From contig JAUZTB010000001.1 of NCBI GenBank assembly GCA_034780895.1, forward strand, positions 92,416,100 to 92,480,099: DNA of 64,000 bases, given 5' to 3'. This DNA is from Rhynchobatus australiae. Lineage: Eukaryota. Positions 25,924-38,727 of this stretch are shown here, one piece after another. A model generated the notes under the pieces. That model did no database searches. It was not told the DNA's origin and saw nothing but the letters and a program-made list of their open reading frames with translations. The position numbers were made by a program, and so were the translations under genes. Positions within the stretch are counted from its first letter, which is position 1. Every line of letters starts with the position of its first letter.

Positions 25924-27242
25924 ACTTCAATCCTCTACAAAATCTTCACTGCAATTCATTAGACATTAAGCTAACCCCTCAATATTCTGACTGTTTGCTC
26001 TGGCATTCTGAATAATTTCAAAGCACTGAGTCATTCGGTCCATATTATACATTCTAGTAATTTCCAGACAACAAATATTAAAGCTGATTAATTGGTCTAT
26101 AATTCACCAGTATCCCTCACTCAACTTTCAGAAATATAGCTGTGACAAGCACAATTTTCCAATTTAAAGGGTGGTTACCAAACTTTGCGAGATAACAGTA
26201 AAGACATCTGCAATATCTGTACCCATTTGGTTTAGATCCCTGAAACAGAAATCATGTGACCCTGAAGACTTTTCATTTTTTTCATGCCAGCTTTGTTGTT
26301 ATTTTGCATATGCTGGTGCGTCTTTATTCCTGCTAAAAGCTTCAGAAGATCTGAGATATTGTTCTTTTTTTCTATAATAAATACTGAGAAAAATTAATCA
26401 ACATGTCCACCATTTTCTTATTTTGATTTTAGAGTATTAATTCTTCTTAATATTTCCATTCAACACCTATCCACCCTTTTTTTTTTACCCAAAATAATTG
26501 TAACTTTTCGGTTGACTTTTTGAAATTCTTTTCAATCTTCCACTTTTGTAAGTCTCTTGTTAAGTTACCAAGATCCGAGCTGGTTTCTGCATTTTTGTGC
26601 GCTTCCCCCCCCCCCCACTTAGTTTTGTTCATTCATGGTATTTTTTGGGCAAGTGGAGACCTTGGCCCTTATGGGTATCAGCACTGCATTCTTTTTTGAA
26701 CACCTCTCACTGATTGGTGGTGTTTTACTCATGAACAGATTTGCCCCATTTCTACTTCATCTCAAACTCAACCTTATCCAAATCAGTGGATGTTTTATGT
26801 TTCTCCCCTTCAAAACAATGTTAAGTTTGATCACTTCTGGAATTTACATGAAGCCCTACAGAAAATGAGCAAACTCAGAAGTTTGGAGAATGGGAAGCAA
26901 GGATGGATTAGGGTGGCATTCCCATACAAAGCTGAAGAGGTTGTTGAAGGATAGGTGGAGGGAGAAAACCAGAAGCATTCCAGGTCCAGCGAACTGGAAA
27001 TGTTGGAATCTGGAGCAACACAAAGTGCTGGAGGAACTCTACAGATTAAGTGCTGGTAAATGGGAGCAGTGTAGACAGGTACTCAATGGACGGCATAGAC
27101 GTGATGGGCTGAAGGACCCGTTTTTGTGCTGTATTAGTAAGGAATATTCCTCCTGACAAAGTCCTTTCCACATCCTACTGCCGAGGACATCCTCTGCATT
27201 TCTGGCCTAATACATGCCCTGCCTAGCTCACCTCTTTTTGAG

Positions 27243-27905
27243 TCAGATTCGTACAGGATGGAAACGGACCCTTCCACCTGTCTGGTCCATGCTGGCCAAG
27301 ACAGCCATCTAAACTAGCCCCATTTACCCGCATTTGGCCCATATCCCTCTAAACCTTTCCTATCCACGTACCTGTCTAAGTGTCTTTTAAATGTTGCTAA
27401 TGTACCTGCCCCAACCACTTCCTCTGCTAAGTCTCTTGTGTTCCTTTAAATATTTCTTAAGTGTTGTTAGAGTACCTGCCTCCTTTCCCCACCTCAGGCA
27501 GCATGTTCTAAACTGCAAACACCACTGGGTGAACAAACTCATCTGCAGATCCCCTCCAAATCTCCCACTCCTTACCCTATACCCATGCCCTCTAGTTTTC
27601 AGACATCTGTGTTATAGGGTAAAGTTTCCTACACTCCAGCCTACCTATGCCTCTCACAATTTTGTACAGCTCAGTCAGATGCCCCCTCAGCCTCCTCTTC
27701 TCCACAGAAAGCAAGCCCTACCTATCTTTCCTCATGACTGAAACATACCATCGCAGTGAATCCTCTCTACGTGCCCTCCAGTGCAATCATAAATGCACAC
27801 AGTACTCCAGCTGTGGCCCAACTAATAAGTTTTATAAAGTCGTACCATAACCTTTTTGCTATTTAATTGCTATGACCTAAGTTAATGAAAGGTAAGTATC
27901 CCGTA
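27243..27905 (-). mobile_element. Two nested or adjacent CR1 3' fragments
   Basis: catttggcccatatccctctaaacctttcctatcc...tgtcttttaaatgttg is the reverse complement of the 3' end at 25760-25840; the gtacctgcc segment occurs twice. Confidence 0.75.
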
Positions 27906-28394
27906 TGACTGTTCTGTTGCTAACATACAGGTAGTGAAGGGTAAAAGGGTGTCAGATAAAAGGAAAATCTAAGTAAGAGATAGATTTTTTTAAATCAATA
28001 TGCAGTTATCAAGGAACTTTGGGCAGGCCAAGTTGAAATATGAGAAGCTCAGGCATGTGTGGGTAAAGCTAAAAAAAAATGTAGAAGGGGAGCATTAAAA
28101 ATACGAAGAGAGATTTTTCAACACTCTCTCACACTTTGCCTTCAAAGCAGAAGATCACCTACCAGAAGATTCCCTCCACCCAGCTGCAAGATGGATCTTT
28201 CATAGCCTCATACAGAGCATTAATGCCTACAAGGGTTTTATATTCTCCAGTTTTTAGCTGGAAGGTTCATTTGAATGGAGGGTGCTGGCCAGGCCTTCTT
28301 ACTGCGACAACAAACTACCAGTCTTAGTGCAATTATTTTAGGTGGTGCTTGGCATATTCATTCGATGGAATCCACATGGAGATGAGTGAGCGAG

Positions 28395-29000
28395 GCAGGG
28401 TTGTCAACCTGTAACCTTAACTCTGTTTCTCTTCCCACAGATGCAGGCTAACCTGCTGAGCATTCTAGTATTTTTTTTTACTTTTTTTTCCTCTAACATC
28501 TACAGTTTTTTCTAAATTTGGATTTTCAGAGGAACTACACAGTTGTGAAGTATGTCCTGGTCAGATACCTAGAGGAAGAAGATATTAGATGGTTCAGGTG
28601 CAGGGCAAGAGTCTGAGAAGGAGAGAGTAGAAAGCAAAAAGTGGGAGATGAAGGAGGGGTGGAGAACACAGAAGGAGCAATAAAATGCTAAGAGTCATTG
28701 ACAGATAAAATTTAAGATGGAAGATAAAACAAAGTACTCATTTCCGAGGGAGATACTTCCAAAAGCTCTGCTATTGGCAGCACATAACACAGACAAAAAA
28801 AGCAGAATATGCTTCCAATCTCACCCTATTAGACCCTTTGCCTACCCATCTCTCTCCCACGTTCTCTGCTACTGAAAACTAACTTGTTTTCTCTCTTCTC
28901 AGTGGTGCCAAAGGTCTGCGATCTGAAAAACTAACAGTTCTTCTTTCTACAAATGCTGCCTGACCTACTGAATGTTTCCGGCATTTTCTGTTTTTAATAC
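28395..29000. mobile_element. Partial copies of the fold-back element family
   Basis: cacagatgcaggctaacctgctgagcattcta (~28437) and aaatgctgcctgacctactgaatgtttccggcattttctg (~28951). Confidence 0.6.
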
Positions 29001-29559
29001 TCATTTCCAATAATTTCTATATTGGTTTCAATTTTTAAACTCAATTTCAGTGCACGGAACAGTATCAGCATTTATAACACACTCTTTGCTTACCTCAGAA
29101 ATTTACAAAGAGATCTCAAGTTAAGTTTCTGAAATATTTTTGTATTCCAGTGAAGTCACTGCATCAGCTTCATCAGTGCACAAGTGACAGACAGCTCTAC
29201 CTCTTAAGCATCTCATTTCATCCCTCTAATGTCTCTCTGCTGTCAGACTACTCATCTAACACCCTGCCTTAAGCAATCAATATAATGCAATGTCTGTTGG
29301 TTCTGTTTGTGTCACTGTTGCAAAGGCGAATAACGGAAGTAGAATCATCAATAGAACATCTTTTATTGAAGGCAAGAACTCTGAACTAAACAGAGGCTTG
29401 TACAACAATCTATTGAGATCATACCAGGTGATCCACTCAGTTCTTAAAAAGTACATTGAAATACATTACATTCACTTCACCACACAGTGGTAAATATTAC
29501 TTCTGTACCCTTATAACCAGCTCCTTACAATAACTACAATCTATTAAAAAGCCTTCTAA

Positions 29560-29860
29560 CCCAAAATCACTCCACCATGAAACTTGCCTTGTTATTTATC
29601 CACATCAGCCCACCTCCTTTTCAATCTCAGCCCATCTATTACAAAATCCTCATTCAGACCTTAGTGACCTCCAAACAATATTTCTCCAGTGATCTCCCGG
29701 CCAATTTCACACCTTTTCTTGCCCTCATTGTACTTAAAGTTCTGTTGCCCATACTCCAAGTTATACCTGCCCATTATGAACTTCTAATGGCTTATCTTCT
29801 CCAACATATCAATTCTAATATTCTTATACTTGTATTCTTATATTTATATTCTTAAATTCC
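29560..29860 (+). mobile_element. L2 LINE ORF2 C-terminal remnant
   Basis: KILIQTLVTSKQYFSSDLPA resembles the L2 motif TLIHAFVTSRLDYCNSLLAG; heavily decayed. Confidence 0.5.
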
Positions 29861-30099
29861 CCATTTACTTTGGCATTCCTTTTCCTTATTTGATGTGCCC
29901 TTGGACAATTCCATATTAAAAAAACCCTGTAAATTTAACCTGTTACTTCTCTGCAAAAAAAAATGCTTTTTGTTTTACACTGCGCCAGCTTCAACCACTC
30001 ACACCCCCCTTGGTAAAACAAGAAAAAAAACAAACTTTGACATATCAGAAATTGATTGGAAGCAAGACTTCTTCAACCCTGGAAAACTAGCTAAAAAAA

Positions 30100-30355
30100 A
30101 GAGTGACAGAGTGATTAAAGGGACAATCACGAGGCCAGAATCAGAAAATTAATACATCCTGGAAGGTTCGAGGGGCAGCAGAAACTAAAGGAGACAGTGG
30201 GAAGCAAGGTCACACAGATATCTGAAAATATGAGTGAGGATTTGAAAGTTGGGGCACTGTCCAAATGGCAGCCACTGTGGGTCAGCAGGCGCTGACTGGG
30301 AGTGTTCTGGACTTGGTGTCATTCACTACATCAGCAGCAGCATTTCAAGATGACC
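30100..30355 (-). mobile_element. L2 LINE remnant
   Basis: Purine-rich text (gatatctgaaaatatgagtgaggatttgaaagttgg...gcagcagcatttcaagatgacct) typical of antisense L2 3' regions. Confidence 0.45.
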
Positions 30356-32384
30356 TCCTTTCCATCACCCACCCAAGGTTCGCATTTATTGCAGTGCTGA
30401 GAGAGCCCTAGGTTGCCAGAGGCACCAACTTTCTGTTGACAACTTAAGCCAAAAGCCAGTCCGTCCCTACAGTGGATGGAAAGATCCTGTGCCACTATTT
30501 CCAGACATCCTCTCAAAGCGATTCTACTGGTGGCCTGGTAACACTTTACACTCTAAGACTGGTCATTCACCTCAATACAGTCAGCAAGCCCCTGCTCTGC
30601 ACCAACTGCCTGCTGCGTTCAGCAACAAATAAAAAGCAAGCCACTGGCCACGCTGTATCTTGGGCCATCTTGAGGATGTGAAAGGCTCTCTATAAAAGCA
30701 CGCCTTCCTTTGAGCACAGCATCAAGTTCACAATACCCTCTGGAAGCAAACAGTACAATTCTTACGCAGTTGCCACCAGGCAAAGTGAACATAGTTAACA
30801 CTGAAGAACAGCCTAGGGACAAGGTGAGGCAATATTAGAGGGCCAAGCTGCTATTCGGGTACCTCTACTTTTCTCTAGGTTTTTGCACCTAATTGGCCTG
30901 GGCACGAATTTTGTAGGTTACCCAAATGTGAACCGGGACAGAATGCTAATCAGTAATTTTCTGGATCTTTGGCTGGGTGAGGAAGTTTCTGTGTGCGTTT
31001 CTCCCCTCCCTTCCTTAATTGTCTCTTCCCAGAACTGTGCAGTATTTCTCATCACAAAAGGTCAAACACCCAGTGTGTTCAGAGTCCAAAACAATCCAGG
31101 CTGTACTGTAAAAGAAGCCAAGCGAACCTCCCTCCTTGCCTGGGTAGGAAGAAAGTTAAATGGACACACTCTTGGCTTTAAGCTAGCCCAGTCAGTTAAG
31201 GATAGGATAGATAGCACAACGAGTACAGACTTGCATCCCACTAACACCAGCTCACTGTAAAAACTTTCACAAAACCAGGATCTTTTCCAAAAATGCAGAG
31301 CATTGAAGCATTCAGATTAAGATAGGCACAAAGCAGTTCTACTGCAAATAAAACATGGGCCTCTTAATACACAAGGACAACAGAACTGTGTATTTTTCCT
31401 TACCCCAAACCCAATAAGAGTGAAGTGTCTTCCCTGCACACTGCCAGCTGCTCGAATGTTGGTTAAATCTTGCCTGTACCGTTAAGGCTAAATGTTACTG
31501 GGCAGAGAACAAACCAGATTTTTGGATATTAAAGGAATCAAGGGATATGGGGTTAGTGCATGAAAATGTCTCCATGATACAAGACCAGCAATTATGAATG
31601 TAACAGAAATAAGGGGCTGAATGACCAATTCCTGGTCCTATTTCTCAGGTTCTTTTGTTCCTCCAGAAGTACCCATATTTAAACTCCTGTGCCTGGTCCC
31701 TTTAAAACATACTTGAAGGCCAGCTGGAGTTTAAAAGCCATTGCTCGGGTTATAGGAGGAGAATGCCATCTCAAGCAAGGGGTCAGATTGGTAAATTTGG
31801 CACCTCACAACGTATTAGGCAAAGATCAAACTAAGATCTTAAAATATTATCCATACCATGACCTGGAATCACTCAGTGTGCAGCTCTAGCCAACTGAATC
31901 CCAGTTGGGCAAGCATTGTAATTCTAATGTTGGAACAGCTCTTCTGATACAAAGAATTTTACTTCGTTTAAGGGCACACAAATAAATGTGTATTTAATGG
32001 TAATCTTGCAAATCATCTGGTCGTCAGTGGTCAGCTGGTCCTGGCAAGCAGTTTTGAAAGCCTAGCCAGTGCTATCCTCAACTCTAATGTCAATATATTT
32101 TAAGAGCTACTAAAAAGCGAGAAGCGACAGGTTAAGCATTCTTGTTGGTCTCACCATTCCAAAGTCAAAGATACTACCAAATTTATGCAACCTTACTGTC
32201 ATTCTGTCTCAAAACTACCAATATAGAACAGGCACTGAATTGGACACCTTCTAGGATGATGCAACTCTACCCACTTTCTTCCGTTGTCCATACTTTACTG
32301 CATCTCAGTCTCACAGATACAAATGTATTATATGACAGACATAAAACATCACAGAGCTTAGATTATCTCATAATGACACAGAAG

Positions 32385-32650
32385 GCAGTCATTTTGCACA
32401 TCAGATCTGTACCACCTAGAATTCCATTCTTTCTCCCCATGCCCTTGTACCCCCTGCAATTTATTCTCTCTCACAGTTCTATCGAATTCCTTTTGGTTCT
32501 TTCTGCCATTAATAAGAGGGCAATTTACAGTAGCTTACAGTAAATTAACCTACCAACCCACACACCTTTGGCACGTGGGAGGATGTTAGAGCACCCAGAG
32601 AAAACCCAGTCACAGAGAAAAGAGGCAAACTCTGTACAGACAGTACCCAA
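32385..32650 (-). mobile_element. V-SINE fragment
   Basis: gggcaatttacagt...aattaacctaccaaccc...gtgggagga...gagcacccagagaaaaccca...gcaaactctgtacagac is the reverse complement of the V-SINE core. Confidence 0.75.
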
Positions 32651-33129
32651 NNNNNNNNNNNNNNNNNNNNNNNNNNNNNNNNNNNNNNNNNNNNNNNNNN
32701 NNNNNNNNNNNNNNNNNNNNNNNAGATGAACATCTCAAAAAAAACCCCACAAATAATGCATCCATCCTGCTCCCTCAACATAAATCATGGATACGTTTGC
32801 ATTGAGCAAGTATGATTGTGTGCATCTAAAATAAATGAGGAAAAGAGAAAGTCATTCACTTATATAATGATTAAATTGGCAGCTCTGAATGCACACATAA
32901 TCACTTCAGCATAATTGGCACCGATTCAAAAATGGAGCAGATTTTACCAGGAGCTGTCAGGAACATGTACAATTTGGGCTGGAGTGGAAAAAAGGGCAGA
33001 GGATCCACAACAAACATCAAACAGACTACAATCACTGGTGTCTGCTCTTTAAACAAAGCTGGGCAGCACTGTGTTGTGCAGATGATACAGCACGACTTCA
33101 GGGGGATATGTACAGGCTAAAAGAGAGGG

Positions 33130-33900
33130 TGAGGACAAAGTAGATGGAATCTAATATGGAAAAAAAGTGAGGTCATCCACTTGAGGGGGGGGGGGGGGGG
33201 AAAAAAAAAAAATCGAAAAGCAGAGTATTTTTTCGGAAAAAATAAAAGTATTGGTGTTCAGAGAGACCTGGGTGTTTTTCGTATAATAATTGCAATTTAA
33301 TGCACAGGCACAATAAGTAATTAAGGAAGGAGCAAAGGGGCAGAAATATAAAAGGAATATTTTATGCAGATAAATTTTCTCCACCCAAGAATAGACATGT
33401 GATGGAGGAAATCCAATGAAGCACCAGACTGATACCAGTGATGAAGGAACGCCGTTTGTCCATGAGGAGAAATTAAGCCAATTGGGCCAAAACTATCTTA
33501 AATTCAGAAGACTGAAAGGAGACAGCACTGAAAAATGGAAAATTCTTCCAGGGTTGACAGGTTAGAATCAGAAATTATGTTTACCTTGGCTAAGGTAGCT
33601 AAAACCAATGGTACGAATTGCAAAATAAGGGGCCAGTCATTTCGGACAGATATGAAGAAATTTCCTAACCCAGAGGGTAGTAATCTTTGGAATTCTCCAC
33701 CCAAGAAGGCCAGGGAGACTCAGTCGTTAAGTATATGCAAGAAAGAGATAAATACATCTTTGAATATTAAGGAAATCAAGGAATAAGGAGTTATTTCAGA
33801 TAATTGTTGCCGAGGTGAATGATGAGGCATCATCATACTGAATGGCAGACAGGATTGAGGGGCCAGATAGCCTACTCCCGCTCCTACTAGTTATGTTCCT
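33130..33900 (+). mobile_element. Old CR1 LINE 3' half
   Basis: gtgaggtcatccact (EVIH) remnant; KIRGQSFRTDMKK...NLWNSPP...KKEINTSL; ttatgttc tail. Confidence 0.7.
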
Positions 33901-34304
33901 CCCAAAGTTCTCATATCTAGATTTCTGCACCCAACCTTGGGAGATGTACATCCTTAGTGTATCAATTCCTGGAGTAGTTCTTCATTTACACCAAAGTCTA
34001 CTGCAGCTCAGTCAAACCTGCAAGATTCGAGCTTTGGGACTCAGACCCATTCAAGAGCTGTAATAATGGCCCAGGGTATACTTGACGCCCAAAATGATTA
34101 AGACAGTGAATTGCTCATTTCATCAAATATATGAAAATTATCTTAGCAGTGCCCTGAAATTTATCATTGACAGGACTGAGTGTTTTAATTAATTACCTCA
34201 GCAACTCCAGAGACGTGCCAAGAACAACCCTGTAAACTTACCAGCCTTCCAATCATCACTTTCATTACACTGTACGTACTGCAACGTTCATCAGCTTTGA
34301 GTCT

Positions 34305-34920
34305 GAGAGAGACAGCACAGAAACAGGCCCTTCAGCCCACCAAGTCCATGCTGACAATCAAGCACCCACTTACACTAATCCTACCTAACCCAGTTTATTC
34401 TCTTAACGTTCCTGGCAACTCCCCCTGGATTCCACCACTCAGCTGGACTCTACAGGCTGAAACTCTCTGGTCCAGTAACTCCTATGGTCCAACACGTTTT
34501 GAATCCGACGCCATTAGTTTGCAGAATGGGCACCAGGGTGGCTGTATTAGCAGCGCCATGCTACCAAGTCTGTTTATATCTGTAGCCGAAATTTATTTTC
34601 NNNNNNNNNNAGTACAAATGAAAGTACAGTACAGCTTTTTAGTTCCAAGCTTCAAATTATATTTCATGAAACAATAGAAGATATCAATAGTCTTATTTTC
34701 TATTTTAAGCTTTATTCTACTTTTTACTGGCATAGCAATAAACATACATCGTGACCTGGGAGGCCTAGGGATTAGGCAGATGTTTATGTGGGACGGGGGG
34801 GCCTTGGATTCCTCAGGACAATTTCTGTGATCTGGCATTAGTCCAGTCCCAAGGGTGCCAGACAAGAGAGTTTCAACTGTACAGGCAACTTACAGTGGTC
34901 AGTTAACCTACTAACCCGCA
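34305..34920 (-). mobile_element. V-SINE 3' portion, split by a DNA transposon
   Basis: aaacaggcccttcagccc...aagcacccacttacactaatcc (34321-34381) resumes after the insert as ggcaacttacagtgg...ttaacctactaacccgca (34884-34920). Confidence 0.7.
34453..34879. mobile_element. Non-autonomous Tc1/mariner-superfamily (pogo/Tigger-like) MITE
   Basis: TA|CAGGCTGAAACTCTCTGGTCC ... AGACAAGAGAGTTTCAACTG|TA: imperfect ~21-bp terminal inverted repeats starting CAG, with TA on both sides (34451-52, 34880-81). Confidence 0.8.
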
Positions 34921-35599
34921 GAGAACATAGAATGCCACCTGGGAAAGGGAAAAGAAGTAGCACTTTGAAAAAACTGCGGACTGTACACAAACATCAGGCC
35001 TCATTCTGTTCCTCACTAACAGGCCATTTGTATGTGAAATAAAATAAACAGAAAATGACATAACTGGCAATACTCAGTATATTAGGCAGCACCAATGGAG
35101 AGAGGACCAGGGTTAACGGCTGAAATGTTTAATCTATTTCTACCTTCAATCATGCTGGAGATGTGCGGTGTTCCAGAAGCTCATGCAAACCAAGATGTGA
35201 AATCTAAACAGTCGAGGCAGCAGAAGGGTCGGGGCCAATTAAAGAGAAAAGCCAAAGACAAGTATGGTGACTTGTGATCGACTCTGAGTCACAAAGCTCA
35301 AGTCCTGCGGCTTTGACTGACTCAGAATAAACTTCAGCTTGAATGAAGGACCATTCCAAGAATCAGCGCACTAAGGATGTACACCTTCCAGGGATATGTG
35401 CAGGTATTTAAACGTCCCTCCAAAAGTGCTCAACTAAGACAGGGAAGTGGGAAAAAAACCATTAAGGCCCCTCAATCTGTTCCAACATTCAATAAGGTCA
35501 TGGCTAACCTTTTACCTCAGTGCCTTTTGCTCCGTATGCAATGATTTCCTCTGCAGTATTTATTAACACAAATATGTTACCAATATTTTGAGGAGATGA

Positions 35600-35720
35600 A
35601 TATCGATTGGATGGGTTTGGAGGGATATGGTCCAGGTAGATGGAACCAGGTAGAAGATCAGGTTGGCATGAAGTAGATGGACTGAAGGGCCTGTTTCTGT
35701 GCTCTAGTACTCTATGATTT
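35600..35720 (+). mobile_element. CR1 3' tail
   Basis: gagggatatgg...gaagggcctgtttctgtgctctagtactctatga. Confidence 0.7.
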
Positions 35721-36344
35721 CAATCCATATATGGCAGATGACATAAATAATGGAGATAGGTTTGAAGGGAGAGTAGGAAAATAAAATTTAAAAATGATAA
35801 ACAAGTTTATCATTTGTTTAAAGTGACTAACACTGCACTATGATGTTTAGCTCATTGTTTCAGTGTGTGTAAAACACATTGTCCCACATTTGCTAGTTCT
35901 CTGTATGCTGGCAGAGTGCACTGCTCTGCACTAACAAGCTCACATCTTTGGAGAGGGTGATTAAAATACATTCTCCTCCACAAGCTGTTGCTGGAGGAGA
36001 AACAACAAACTATTAAAAGATTTGTTGCTTGAAGACAAACATTAAAGATCATAGGGAATGAGCCAAATGATGTTGGGTTATGTAACTCATGGGAAGAAAA
36101 GACTTGATAGGCCCAGTACTGAGAAGGAGCTGGGTGAGGGAAGGAAAACATGGTGTGGCTTTCGATGAGGCCCTGCCTCATTCGAATAATCCACAGTACA
36201 TCCATTCCCTATGGGCACCAAACAGCCTGGCTGGCAGTGAGTGCAAATACAAGAAGCCAAGGGGTGTGTGCTGTTGAACCCTGGAAGCACAAAGGGTGGA
36301 AGCTCCGCAGAGCAATAGAATTGTGGAATCATCGAAAATATATG

Positions 36345-37090
36345 ACAGAAGTGATGGATTTGGGCCATCATGTCTGTGCTGATCGAAAAGATCTAACCAG
36401 CTGAATCCCATCTTCCAGCACAAGGTCCGTAGCCTTGCAGGTTAAACACACACCAAGATTCTTCCTAAAAGTGATGAGGGTTGCTACCTCTACCACCATT
36501 TCAGGCAGAGAGTTCCAGACTCCATCACATTCTTGCTGAAAAAATTTCTTTGACCAATAACTTTAAATCCATTCCCACCCGATTTTTTTTTCACCCGTCC
36601 GCTGAGGTGAATAGGTCCTTCCTTTTTAATCCAGCCCCCTTCATAACTTTATACACCTCAGTTAAATTTCTCCTCAGGGTCCACTGTTCCAAAGAAAACA
36701 ACTCCATCACATCCAGCATTTCCTCAAAGCTAAAGTTTTGCAGTCCTGGCAACAAGTCTCCTCTGCACTCTCACTAAGGCAATTGCATCCTTCCTGTAAT
36801 GCAATGATTAGAACTGTACAAGATACTCAAGCAAAGCCCTAACAAGCCATATACAATTCTAGCATATCCTCTCTGCTCTTATGTTTATTGGCTAGGCTAA
36901 GGAAACCTTATTGGCTCATCCTGCTATTTTCTTTAGGATCTGTGACATGCAAGGTCCCTGTGTTCCTCCACACCACTCAATATTTTTCCAATGAGTGTGT
37001 ATTTTGTTGTGCTTTCCAAAACGTATCGCCTCACAATTGTCAGGATTAAATTCCATTTTCGACTTTTCTGCCCAAATGAACCAGACCATC
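36345..37090 (-). mobile_element. CR1 LINE 3' fragment
   Basis: Minus strand reads YTLIGKILSGVEEHRDL (CR1 ORF2); ttcaggcagagagttccagac and attaaattccatt motifs. Confidence 0.75.
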
Positions 37091-37329
37091 CATGTCCAGA
37101 AGTTGGGAACTTCTTTATCATCCCCATTCTACATTTCAGTCTAAAATATACAGCACAAAATGCAAGTAAACTGAGTGCTGAGCCTTGTGAAACCCCATGC
37201 CACTCTCTGGAGGCAAGGGAAGTTTGGTGGGGCTCAACCTGCATACGTGCAACTGGAGGGATAAAATGAACATAGAAATGAAGAAAAATAGGAGAAGTAA
37301 GACACTCAATAGGATTGTGATTGAACCAC

Positions 37330-37690
37330 TATATCTATACGACATTCTTGCTTTCTCCCCAATGCCCCTTGATACTTTCAGTCTTCAAATCAATCTTTTT
37401 CTTTAATATATTTAACAACTTGGCCTCCAGTGCCTTATGGTCGAGAATTCCATGGGCTCACCACATTCCAAGTGAAGAAATTTTTCCTCATCTGTCCTAA
37501 ACGTCTTGCTCCATATCCTGAGACTGCGATCTCTGGTCATCGATGCCGCCAGCCTGCCTGCATCCACTCTGTTGAGCTCTGTCAGAATTTTGTACATTTC
37601 AACGAGATCTCCTCTCAATCGTCCAAACTGTAGTGAATACCGCCCTAACCAATGTCTCCTCCCGTGACAATCCCACCAGTCCAGAAACAT
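37330..37690 (-). mobile_element. CR1 LINE 3' fragment
   Basis: YSLQFGRLRGDLVEMYKILTELNRVDAGRL in the minus-strand ORF is the conserved CR1 RLRGDLIE.YKI motif. Confidence 0.8.
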
Positions 37691-38549
37691 CGAGGCTCTC
37701 AGCAGGCCATCGGGCAAGGATGGGAATGGAAGGGAAAAGGGCAGTGAGCGCATGATGCAGGCTGGGAGCAAGCTCTGAAGATTCTCTTGGCTCTGAGGGG
37801 TGTGAGAAGGTGCCACATTAGCACTTCCCACCTTGGATCTGCTACTGCCAAGGATGTAGTCCCCTCTCTACTCATTTAAAGTCATGTGCCAATGACATCA
37901 CCATCCCATGACTTCCAAATGATAAGTAAACTCTCGCCTACCTTTTACAGAGATTGATTTGATGATCTGACTGATGTTTGTTAAACTTTAAACCAGCAGA
38001 AACAGGGCACAGTTGCTCAATCCTGATAGTTTAACCTCACTCCTCACCTCCTTGTTGGGTGAAGGATTAAAATTGAGGCCACTGTGCCCAGCAGTATACG
38101 AGTTCATGGGCTTCCAATTCAATCAATCAAATAACTCCAGTTGAAACATTTGCTTTAATTTTGTCCTGCAGGCTACATGATTGCACTCTCCCTCAAGTAT
38201 CTGATGGGAATTTCAAGCCAGTGAAGATGGATAGTTATAGTGTGAGCAGGGGCTGGGATGGGGACCACAAGAGAGAGGGAAACGTCACGATTCTGAGAGC
38301 CGTTGACTGACAACCTTTCTATCGCCATTTACCAAGAACTGGTACTGTTTTGTTTGTCAATGGCAGAATCTGTCATTTGGGCAAACGGGCGCAAGTGACT
38401 AAGAACTCCAGAAATGCAGGTTGCATAGGCGACCTTCACAACCCTGAAAAAAAACTAGTATGTTTTAAATAAATCAGGTGAAACAGACAAATAATCACAA
38501 TGGCACTCCACAATGAATCTCAGCGCGTCAACTTATTTCGGACAGAAGT

Positions 38550-38727
38550 CAGAAAAACTGCAGATGTTGGAAATCTGAAATAAAAGTAAATGCCAGAAAC
38601 ACTCGGGAGGTCAGGCAGCAGCTGTGGAAAGAGAAACAGTTAACAATCCAGGTCAAAGACCCTTCATCAGAATAAAGTTCTGACAAGGGTCTTCAACCTG
38701 AAACATTGATTGTTTCCCTTTCCAGAG
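38550..38727. mobile_element. Fold-back element, partial palindrome
   Basis: ctgcagatgttggaaatctgaaataaaa...ggtcaggcagcagctgtggaaagagaaacag...gacccttcatcagaa / ttctgacaagggtc...cctgaaacattgattgtttccctttcca. Confidence 0.75.
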
